NCBI RefSeq assembly: GCF_964204645.1
Contig: NC_134035.1
Span: forward strand, 3,410,001-3,474,000
Direction: 5' to 3'
From: Tubulanus polymorphus
Taxonomy: Eukaryota > Animalia > Nemertea
DNA length: 64,000 nt
The translations under genes were made by a program, and so were the position numbers. Below the pieces are notes generated by a model, which ran no database searches, had not been told where the DNA came from, and saw only the letters and a list, made by a program, of their open reading frames with translations. Positions 27,012-38,500 of the stretch are shown here, piece after piece (the stretch's first letter is position 1; the number at the start of each line of letters is the position of its first letter).

Positions 27012-28295
27012 GGAAAACACAGTCGATGTGTTCGGCTACTCCAATCTCTCACCAATCGGCGATCTCCGGCGCGACGTTCGGTAATTTCCGTAAGCGTCCG
27101 TGGTAATTTTCTTCAGCCCGGTGATTCTTTTGTGCGGCACTCTCCCGGCTGATGAAATAGACTAGTGGCTACCGTGCAATACGCTCGCCACAGTAAGTTG
27201 TCAGTGTTCGCGTGCCGCGATCGGAGCGCTCCAAAATTGCATCGAAAGTATCGATGAATTTCATATCTGATACTTCTTAATCATTTGGTACATTCTTAAC
27301 CATTTGGTACAAGAAATAGTTAAAAGTTTGTAAGGCCTTAAATTTTCTGAAAGTATTAGAATGTGCCGATAAGTCAACATCAGACAATGACAATTCTCCA
27401 TCACCGGTCAGACCAATCCTTTTTTGCGCATGTATTTTCTTGTATCTTGATCGTAAAACTGCTTGAATTCGAAATTCCATTATCTCCTTAAATATTTCTC
27501 GATAAGTCCTCAAATCAAAGCACCTAGAGCCCATACAGTCAAACAAATGTGTCCATGAAACCTTCCGGAGTAGGCATTTGTCAAATGATTCATTGATGAA
27601 ACTCCTGAGCGCTTTCAAGAATTATAAACTGAACTTAATACCGGTACTTCTGTCATGATCAGGCTTTATTGGTTCTTGAACAACATGTACATAAAACTGT
27701 TAAAAATAAATTCATTAATAGATGCCATAACAATTAAACAGAGTTAGCCTATATGTTTTTTACGTTCAGGGCCCAATTCCACAGTTACGTTTGGCTATAG
27801 CCTACCGGTATATGGTTTAAGTTAGTTAATATTCAATGTTTGTTTTAAACTCGCCTTTTCAGTGTGGAGCTAGGCCCCGTTTTCTGGTCAGGGTTTGTAG
27901 CAGTCAGACTAAGGCACTTTTAATAGTCATAAGTCCTTTTTCTTGAATCCAGAGACTAGTTTGTGCACTGAAATTTCTGAGTTCGAGAACTAAGTCCTTT
28001 TTGGCACTTTTTAGGATTTTACCTGAAATATAAGCACAAATCAGTGCCTATCATCATGGATTTTTCCACAAACCCTGCCAGTAGGATAGAGAGTTACACC
28101 ACTTATTCCAGTTGATTTCTGGAACCTATGAAATCAATTTTACAAGAATCCCGATTTAACATCAATTTAATCAAAATCTATTCACGTATAGACGGACCAT
28201 AAGTTATACGAAGAGAGTGGATCGAAATCCGGATTAAATATCGGATCGGGAACGGATGAATCGCGATCATTTCACCACTCTTTACGACGTTCTCT

Positions 28296-31200
28296 TCATT
28301 TCTTCTTGATATCTCCGGTTAATATCAAAATGTGTTTGTTCTCGAGGATTTCCGTCGGTTTTCGCGTCTCCGCGGACACCGTGTTCACGATGATGCCCTC
28401 GGCGACCGTTTCCGTCGACGCTCCGATATTCGACGAGATCTTCGTCAGCGGTTTCAACAATCCTTGAAATATCCATTCAGCCGGTCGCAGTTCGTCGCGT
28501 TTCGTAAGCAGTACACTGCGAGAAAAAATAGTATGGAAATCAGTTTTTTTGTAATGTTGCATTGTCATGTGTTGTCTGGTTGTTTATTGTACGCACGATG
28601 ATTTTAGGAAGCAGGTAAAATGCTAAACACCGAAATGCTTTCATTTTAACCCTTTCAGTGCATCTACGCTGCAGTACGGTGTATGAATCTGTGATGGATT
28701 TTGCTAGTACTGTAGCGCTGCGGTGTATTGATGTAATTAGTTTTTAGTTTTTATCTCTATACAAAGAAGGCAGCACCTGTCAAACATAGTGACATATTAG
28801 TAACTAACGATACACTGCGCCGCGGTGTAGACGCACTATAGTGCTATTCCCGTTATTCAACACACTAGGGTGGAATTTTCCCAAATTTTCACATTTTCTC
28901 CAGCACTTAGGGTATTAAGGGTATAAGGGTATAACTAAGGGTATAAAGTCAGCACGGAAAGGGTTAAGGAAACATTTTCTGACATGTAAAGCGCTCTGAG
29001 CAGTCTGCAGTGACGGATCCAGGGGGGAGGCGCGCATACCCCATTTTTTTGGCAGTGACCTTGGAATTTTCTACCCAGGGCTTTTTGTTTAGAAAATGAT
29101 GAAATTGTGAATGTATTTAATTACTAATTTCAACCAGGAAAGTGCTCAGAATGCGTCTAATCTTTCAAAATTATCTGGAGGGGCATACCGAGACCCCGCC
29201 CCATATGTAAGTAGACCCAAGTAAGAAGTTGTGCACCGCCTTTTTCGAAAAGCTAGATTCGCCCCCGACCTAGCTGGATTAATCGCTATATAAATCGCAT
29301 TATTATTATCATCATAATTATGTAATTTCAAGGAGATTATGCCTACCCCGGCCGATAGATGGACATGTGTTCGAAACCAAGAGCGGCCACATCTGCTTCA
29401 ATCTTACCCTGGAAATAAAGAACAAGCCCCCTATTAGAACGATAACCACACTCAAACGTGGTGAACGGATAATAAGATAAAATCCCACTATCTACAGATT
29501 AAAAGAATTTAAAAACCAGAATTTATTTATTCAATCTAAAATATATAAAAGACACGACGTTTCGATCTCACCCTAGAGATCATCGTCAGGTGAGATCGAA
29601 ACGTCGTGTCTTTTATATATTTTAGATTGAATTAATAAATTCTGGTTTTTAAATTCTTTTAATCTGTAAATAGTGGGATTTTATCTTATAAGCCCCCTAT
29701 TAATACGGTTAAATCAACATTTTTGAAAAGGCATCTTTCGAAAGCATGCGTCACGCGTACTAGTTTTGAAATGACGACCCCCTCGTTCCTGGTACTGTAC
29801 GAGTAGCGCCAATCCTTACCTTGGTCTGCGGGTATAAAAATCTACTGTTCTTGTTGGCGCCCAACGAAGACATCAGGTGGAAATGTTTCGTACCGGCGGA
29901 TTTTGAAACTTCAGCCGTTTTCATTACGTATTCGTAGTCGACCTTTTTGAACCCCTCCTGAAAGAGAAATTACACCGACTACTGGTAAAATTGGGTCGGT
30001 TAAGTCGGTTCACAGTTCAGAGCTAACTATCGATACCTACTACACCTGATTTGCCTCGCGTCGTTCCCAGGCAACAATAACCGACATCGGTGTCCGCAAA
30101 CGCGTCGGCGTGCTCGGACAAATTGTCAAAATCGACTATTTTTTGTTCCTGCAAAAGATTCAATTCGATAACGGACAGGCGAGTGAGGTTCCTACAGGGG
30201 TGAGCAAACACCACGGCCCGGTTTTGTAGACTGGTATCACCTTTAATCCGGCGCTAACTCAATTGATCATGAATTGAGTTAGCCCCGGGGTTAAAGGTAA
30301 TACCAGTCAATGAAACCAGCCCCAGGTTCTGTATAGGTCATGCTTGAATTTCTTCTACCAGTAGGCCTATATTTCTATCAAAATTGAATCAATTTTTCAA
30401 CTTTGCCTAAAACATTAATACCTTGTTTCTCATGTCTACTGAGCTCAAAAATTGGCCGACCGCCTATCTACCCTGTACATTACTTTTCTGAAAATCATGA
30501 TCAAGCTAACAATAACTAACCCATCAGTCAAATTCTATTGCAGTTTACAAAATGACCCGGCTGATTAGGAGAAATGAGGTATTATTTTTTAGCCTTAGCA
30601 TATCAATTTTCAGTGAATGTCTGAACTTTGTCATGACATTTAATAAAAGGGCAACCTAATTATTTGAAGGTAGGGGTCTGTAACCCAGGCAGCACCCGCG
30701 GGTTGACCCCGTCGCTCACCACATCTTTGTATAAATCATCTTCGAATTCGACTTTACGCCGGCCGATCAGAACAAGACGTTTGAATATCTGTTTCTCGAG
30801 TAGTTGACGTACGAGGACTCGTCCCGTAGCGCCGGTGTAGCCGACCACGAACGCGGTCAAACCTTTCTCTTTGAACATCGCTGTATTCTGTTCCGCCCCC
30901 TCAGCGACCCTGAAAACAATCGACACGATATAGCTATACACCGCGGTACAAATTCTCTGTATTCTGTTCCGCTCCCTCAGTGACTCGGCAGTTGCTGGTT
31001 TAATATAATAAAACAGTTAGTCGATGCCAGTCTGGTTGTTACTAGGCCGCTACAACCGTGTACACACAAATGACCAAAGCACTGGCGCGCAGAGTCGTCC
31101 AGTTACGACTAAACAGTAGCCCGGCCTGTAGGCCACGGTCTAACTGCAGTTTGGGTCACCTATCCACTGGGTGGCGTAAGTGTTATTAAAGAATAGTGTT

Positions 31201-31472
31201 ATGGTAAGGTTAGGTACATAACCATTAGGGACACCTAAACTGCAGTCATACCATAGGATGACCCGTCCAATGGCAATAATCACTGTGACTAATAAACCAC
31301 ACAGAGAGACCGGTCACTGACTAAACTGCAGTCCGGTCGCTGATTAAAACTGCACGTACTTGAAACATTCCTCCTCTCCTGCAAGCGGAATACTCTCCAT
31401 GTAGATTAGATAACCGGGGATAAGCACAGCGGTAAACAGAACGATGTAAGCAGCGGCCCTAAAAACTGTCAT
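28296..31472 (-). CDS. HTATIP2: Oxidoreductase HTATIP2/TIP30 (atypical SDR). Exons 31360-31472, 30720-30909, 30041-30148, 29820-29957, 29347-29408, 28296-28515
   Basis: GYTGATG Rossmann motif, LIGRR, CCLGTTR, VDYEYV, SSLGANKNSRFLYPQTKG, SIYRPGVLL..RPAEW; junctions in phase. Confidence 0.92.
28646..28967. mobile_element. piggyBac-like MITE copy
   Basis: TTAACCCTTTCAGTGC ... GAAAGGGTTAA termini. Confidence 0.75.
29437..29689 (-). mobile_element. Hammerhead-bearing insertion (family A) with about 100-bp inverted arms, in HTATIP2 intron 4
   Basis: 13-bp direct repeat aagccccctatta at 29424-29436 and 29690-29702; inverted arms at 29472-29572 and 29589-29689. Confidence 0.8.
29553..29592 (-). ncRNA. 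Minimal type I hammerhead ribozyme motif (family A)
   Basis: CAC-CUGACGA-U-GAUCUC-UAGGGU-GAGAUC-GAAA-CG-UC-GUG. Confidence 0.8.
30216..30322. mobile_element. Palindromic (foldback) MITE of about 105 bp; further copies at about 57484-57590 and 58246-58350
   Basis: gactggtatcacctttaa..gctaactcaatt / aattgagttagc..ttaaaggtaataccagtc near-perfect inverted symmetry, seen three times. Confidence 0.7.
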
Positions 31473-31750
31473 TACAATGTGACAAAATCAATTCGCCACG
31501 ACCACCAGCAGGTGCTGCCACCAGATCTACGCGGCAATCGGCGGAACTAACTACTACCGGTGACCCCTGTCGATTGACGTCACGCGCACCTGCGTTCTGG
31601 GAATACCATTAGCTAGCTGCGAAATGCTGAAAAATGTTGATGTACTGATAGTCGGGCAGCGCATATTGTAAATATTTACGGGTTTTTAGGTTATTAAACT
31701 ACTCGTTGAAGCGCTGTAAAATGTAACTGGACGATATGGAATAACGCGAG
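31473..31750. promoter_or_regulatory. Probable bidirectional promoter for HTATIP2 and MADD, plus the MADD non-coding first exon (donor at 31751)
   Basis: Head-to-head genes; CRE TGACGTCA at 31575-31582; ZNF143/Staf-like tgcgttctgggaa at 31591-31603; GAG/gtaagg donor with a matching acceptor at 32407. Confidence 0.6.
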
Positions 31751-32527
31751 GTAAGGAACACCGTTAATTCAATACGATATTTCACTGAATAGACCGCTGA
31801 AATACTGACTGCTGACTACAAAAATGACATTTTGTCAGTGTTTGTTGACATAAGCATTCAATTACAGTACAACAGTATACAGTACTGCCGGGCTTGTATA
31901 ATAGTACAGTACAGTCAATGCACGGTTCATTCAGGCAGTCTATAGTATCATTGTTTCTCGAAATTGTGCCTTAATTTGAGGTGAAAACTGTAGTATTTTT
32001 GTGCCCTACATTGAATCAAATTTAGCATGAATATGGAATTCATAAGCTCATTCCTCCAGTCAGTAGCTATTTACCAAAGCAAATTTAGATTTTAGGCAAT
32101 AGAAGAATCGTACTCCTTTAAAACTCCTTCACAGAAATCGGCAACTAGACACTTTTACTTTGACTACAAAATCCAAGAAATAGATGATAATTGAATTAAC
32201 AGTTTACTGAGATAAACAGAACTGATTTAGGAAGAATCTACGGTTATTGGGATATAAAAGTGATGCAGACGCTTCTCATAACTTGGAATTTTCTCCTCTA
32301 AACTCCTTGTATCCAGGAATGACCGATAATGCGGGAGATTGAACTTTGTTAATGTAGGCCTATTTGTTTATGCATTAACTACTAAATTTATGTTAATTTT
32401 ATTTCAGAAATTTCGACCACTTATAAAACTATGCAGTCAAAGGTTTTAATCAGGTTTTCACGTGCGTCCCGTAACTAAACTATCTTCGCAAGCGGGCGGA
32501 GCTTAAACTACAAAAAAAAAACCCAAG

Positions 32528-35500
32528 ATGGCGTCGGGTCTCGGCGGGGACGGCCGCAAGAAGTTCTTCAGTCCGCGATTGTTGGACTACATGGTCATCG
32601 TCGGCAGTCGACACCCGAACCGTAACAACTCGGTCGCGCAGACGCCCGAATTGTTGCGTCGTTACCCGGTCGACGATCACAAAGACTTCGTGTTGCCGGC
32701 GGACGTCGTGTTCTTCTGTCAGCCGGAGGGCTGCATCAACGTCGGCCCGAAACGGATGAGTCTTCGCGAGTCGACGTCGTTCGTGTTCTCGTTGACCGAG
32801 AAAGATTCGGCGCGCGTTCGCTACGGAATATGCGTGAATTTCTACCGGCCGTTCGAGAAAAAGTCGCACTCGCGCAGCGGCGGAGTCGGCGCCGGCGGAG
32901 ATCGAAACGACGATTCGCATCCGACGGCCGATAATCAGAAAACGTCGCAGAAGTCGTCGTCGTCGTCGCCGCGGACGCGTCGGAAAAGTAAAAACACGGG
33001 ACGATTACGCAACAATACGCTGACGTCGCTATGCATCGTCAGTCATCATCCGTTTTTTTCGACGTTTCGCGAATGTTTGTTCGTGCTGCGACGTCTGATC
33101 GACGCGTGTAACGAACGCTCGTGCAGTAAACGTATCGGGGCGTCGCGCGCCAGCAGTCGGTGAGTATTTCTCGGCGTCTCTAGACGACCCCTTGATTTCT
33201 TCTAAACTGAAAATGTCGATATGAAATGGTGTTTGAAACTCCTTTGATTCGAGCGAAATGTCCAAAGCTCCTTTAAAAATCCTTCAATATTGAGAAATAT
33301 GCAATTAGAAATGTTTGTAGTCATATAGTAAACTAGGCATGAATCAGTACAGGTTGCAGTTGGGATTTGTTCTTACCCAATAAGGCGGTTACTAAATTAG
33401 AAACCGGGTTTAGTTCGTGTAAAATCTGCTTAAAATGAATTAATGGTTTTCTGGGATAAACAGCACTGTTTTAGGAGGAGTTTACAGCTTATATCAGGAA
33501 TAACTGATCGGTAGCAACCCAGTTAAATGTGTCGATAAAGGGACCCTGTGTATCCAGGAATGACCGATCTGTGGGACCCTGAGACAAATGTTGCCCGCAG
33601 AGATGTAAGGCGATTTGGTCGCCAATTGCTAAGTTCGCCTGGTAGGTCGCAAGCTTTGACGTTTGAATGGTTGTATGTTTAAAGATCTTGGATTCGTCTG
33701 AGTAATTCACGATTCAGACGACACTGCTACAGTTTTTCATTCAAACTCGGTTAATCCACCCTTAATGCGCTTATACAAATTCACTGTTTTATATATCACG
33801 ATACCATAACGACGATCGACGGGTCCGGGGATGGTTGTATTTAGATTCTACTATAAATCATATCCAGGCGTACTTACTGGCACGTGATATGATCTATTCG
33901 TTGCGATCCTGGTAATAGTCGCGGTCTCCGCGGTAGGAGAACCTCGTTATGTAATACTATCCACCGACCAACACAGCTATAGTCGCGTACTTCGGTTTCC
34001 GATTTCAAAATCGAACCCCGTGTTTTGTTCCCGGCAGGTGTGGTTGGTTAGTAAGGGACACCAAATCAAGGCGAATCGAATCAAACCTACCAATTGAATA
34101 AATCAAAGGGACTGATTCCTTATTTCGAGATCAAAGTTATGGCGTGAAATCAGTTTATTTCTCTTGATTTGGGACCAAATGCTTGGTTTTTCAATGCGTT
34201 TCACGAGAATTCATCCCGACAAGCTTCCACTGTAATCTCGTAGGAGCCCTGTGATAAGTCCTGGAGGGACCAAGGATAGTTGGCGTATCATCCTCCTCTG
34301 GGTAGCCAATACTGGGTGGTCGGTGTGGCTGGCGCTGAGCTACCAGCCAAGATAGGTGATAGCTGGTATTGCAGTAGGCCTAATGTGTACGTGGTATAAA
34401 CGTACAGTTGTCTTGTAATGGACGCATAGATTGCCTCTGGTAATATCAAAACATATTGACGACAGATGTTCAATTTCTCTCTATGTTGCTTATGAATTAT
34501 GCTCAATGTTTATTTAACGACATACTTGCGCATACAGACACCGTGCGCGCGTATCACATCTCATAAGGCATATATTATTTATTCAGTGTCTTTATAGCCT
34601 ATCCTGTGCCCTGTAAAACATATCGTGCTGTGAGATATGATGACCGGTTTCAGGGGTTGGCTATATCCAATCTCTGCGGCATCTCGAATCGTCCATTCGT
34701 GCGCTGATAAGATGTCTGGTGTTTGTAGTTTATTTTCAGTTGAAAACATGTCTTCGGTGAAGTGTCGAACATGTGTTCAGGATTTTCGATTGAAAATATT
34801 TCTGTACAGTGAAGTCCTGAACGCATCTGTATGTGAAGTGTGGACGATCAGTTTGTCCAAGTGTGCTGATAAAAAACCTAAGGTCTGGTGTTCGTATTTC
34901 ATTTTCAGTTATGTCTCGGGTGAAGCACTGATATGAAGTGCGGATGATTGTATTTCGTTTTCAATATAAGGGATGAAGCGCTGATGTTTTAACCGTATAT
35001 AGGCCTCCTACACATTTTGACGCGCATACCATCAATCTTTTCAATCTTTAACACAAATTCATCGGAAATAAAGGTTTCTTTTTTTATTCCAACTAACCCT
35101 GAGCAGAGCAGGGAGCAAGGCTGGTGGATAAATCCTAGGCCTAACTGAAATCGAAAGACAATCAAAAGAGATCTCGCGTGTGATTTTACGTTTGCGCTTA
35201 TGAAACACAGGTCGTTATATAAACGTTGTTGATAGTAATCAAACATTATTTCATTTCTAGATCAAATTAGTTTTCCCTGTCGAAACAATTTCGGGCTAAC
35301 TAAACAGCAATGACCCGCGTTAGGAAGTACAGCATTACGACCTGTTAATGTAGGGTTATTTTTATGGCAGCGTTTATACCAATCGAGTGAAGTGCGTCGA
35401 ATGTTGTTCGAGAAAATATGTAATGTTAGTTACGTTAATCATCGAGACGAACTTGTTATTTATTAATCTGTCCTAATGCACCGCGCTTGACACACCGTCG

Positions 35501-38500
35501 TAGTCTCGCTGAAAACGCGTCTCTATTTAACGGATTAAAAGTTCGCGACCCATTTTCACAGATAGCGGTCAGTCGAATGTCTCGACCTGCATTAGTTAGC
35601 CACTGACCTGGAAAATCGATTTTGGGAATCAGAAAATCCTGGAAAAAAAATCAGGGAAAACTGGGGGGAACATATTTTACTAAAAAGAAAATAACCCAGA
35701 AAACTCAGCGAGTTCGGATAATGGTATTGACCGCGTGTTTCTTTATCAATACGCGATTCAATGAAAAATGAATAAATTGTTACATTTTAAACCTAAAACT
35801 CTGCAATAGGGAGACACCAAAATTGTCGTATCTGAATATAAGTTACTAGTGATACACCGCACTGTGGTGTAGATGCACTAAAGCGGTATGCCTGTGATTC
35901 AACACACTGAGGTTGATTTTTCAAATCATCTCCAGCACTTTCGGGTAACAATTAGCGCTGAAAGGGTTTTAAGTAGCTTTCAGACATTTTAAACCTCGAG
36001 ATATCCCCGATTCAATCTCAGGGAATTTTGTAAAATCTCATGAAAAAATCAGGGAAAACTCAACAGCTTTGTAAATGGGCGTAAAGTGGCCACCCTCTCC
36101 GATTATTGCCAGTCAATTTAAACCCGTAAGTTATTGCCTGTCATTTTTGATATGCGTATTGTTTGTGTTGTTTCAGGGATACAGTGTGGGGCGTATTGAC
36201 CGGTCAGGGCGTCGACAACACGCCCAGTTTGGTGATGCACGAAGTACGCGAAATCGAAACGTGGATTTTACGCCTGTTGAGCGCGCCGGTTCCCGTACCC
36301 GGCAAAACTAGAGTGGAGGTAATAAAAAAAATAGAAAATTCGAGATACATTATATGCAATCGTGCGGATGTTGAGAATGTCTATGCTTGTATTAGTGGAT
36401 AAAATCTACCAAAAATTTGCAAAAATAGCGAAAATATTCTCCAAAAATAGGCATTAATTTGCGAGAAGCGATGCATCACTCAGACGTCTAGAACGTCTCT
36501 ATTTTAACTCGATAAGATATGACAAATATTGCTGTAATAGATCTGCGCGCGTGCGTGCTCGGGTGGCATTTTCGCTGGATGATTATCCGTTTTTTAATTA
36601 TCAATTGATCATAAATTTTATGTATTCCCAAATCCGCTGACGCAGCGGCAGAAGCAGCAGCAGCAGACACAGCAGCAGCAGTAGCAGCAGCTATGATGAA
36701 ACTGCTCTTTTTACCCGTTGCTGTTTACGTACATCAATTGTCATCGCGCTAATATTTGATGCGTAGTTTATTTTCTATAATCGCTACTGCATCGAGCGGC
36801 CTGGGGGATTTATTCGGGAGAACTATTTAACTAATAATTTACATCCAATGTCACGTAGTTTTTAGATCGCCGCTTCGTCGGGATATGATGTTGCGGTTGA
36901 TGTTGTGTGTGTACATTAATTACGACTATCCATTACCGGCCAGAAGTTGTCATTTCCAGTACATATAATAAGGCAATAGGATAGACGATTAGTTTAAAAC
37001 CCACTATATGTGTATATACAAAATTTTAAAGATCAAAAACGAAATTCGCTCGTCAAGAATTGAAAAGAGAAGACACAAAGTTTGATCTCTCTCTAGGGAC
37101 CATTTCGCTTTTGTTCTTTTAGATTTAGTTCTGTGGGGACCATCGTCTTTATGAATTTCAATTCGTCCTAAATGATCATTTCGTTCAACCTTTTCAATTT
37201 TGTATAAAGCGGGTTTTTAAGTTACGGAATAACTAACGGGGGGGGGGGGTAAAGTGGCTATTCTATCGAGAGGTTTTCACGATGTCGTTGTCGTTTTGTG
37301 ATTTCAGTTGGATATATTACCACGAGAACTACAGCCGCCGATGGTATTCGCGTTACCCGACCACACCAGACTCAGCCTCGTCGACTTTCCTTTACATCTT
37401 CCATTAGAACTGTTGGGCGTCGAGACGTGTATCAGCGTGCTGGAGATGATCATTCTAGAACACAAGGTATTGACGAAGATGAAAAAAAGAAACCGATTTT
37501 CGCTCGAATACGACCAGTGAGCCATTTTCAAAACTCGCGAGTCAACAGGTTAAAATGGGGGCCAGGTCTTATAGTCTTAACCATTGAGTCTAGGGCATTC
37601 AGGGCTGTGGTTCATGTTTGACTGGAAGAAGACCCTTTTCCAGAATTTATTTAACTGTGTATCACTCATCTCTCCCTGCTGAGAAGTGATATTGGTATTA
37701 TAACCCCTAGCCTACATCTGTTACTGTGTATCAGTCATCTCTCCCTGGAGAGAAGTGATATTGGTATTATTACCCCTAGCCTATATCTGTAACTGTGTAT
37801 CAGTCATCTCTACCTGGAGAGAAGTGATATTGGTATTATTACCCCTAGCCTATATCTGTTACTGTGTATCAGTCATCTCTACCTGGAGAGAAGTGATATT
37901 GGTATTATAACCCCTAGCCTATATCTGTAACTGTGTATCAGTCATCTCTCCCTGTAGAGAAGTGATATTGGTATTATTACCCCTAGCCTATATCTGTTAC
38001 TGTGTATCAGTCATCTCTACCTGGAGAGAAGTGATATTGGTATTATAAGCCCTAGCCTATATCTGTAACTGTATATCAGTCATCTCTCCTTGGAGAGAAG
38101 TGATATTGATATTATTACCCCTAGCCTATATCTGTAACTGTATATCAGTCATCTCTACCTGGAGAGAAGTGATATTGTAATTATCACCCCTAGACTATAT
38201 CTGTAACTGTGTATCAGTCATCTCTCCTTGGAGAGAAGTGATATTGATATTATTACCCCTAGCCTATATCTGTAACTCAATATCAGTCATCTCTACCTGG
38301 AGAGAAGTGATATTGGTATTATTACCCCTAGTCTATATCTGTAACTGTGTATCAGTCATCTCTACCTGGAGAGAAGTGATATTGGTATTATTACCCCTAG
38401 CCTATATCTGTAACTGTGTATCAGTCATCTCTCCTTGGAGAGAAGTGATATTGATATTATTACCCCTAGCCTATATCTGTAACTCAATATCAGTCATCTC

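Noticed and set aside
34255-34375. GC-richer hairpin-forming patch, considered as an HDV-like ribozyme
   Set aside because: The nested double pseudoknot could not be assigned.
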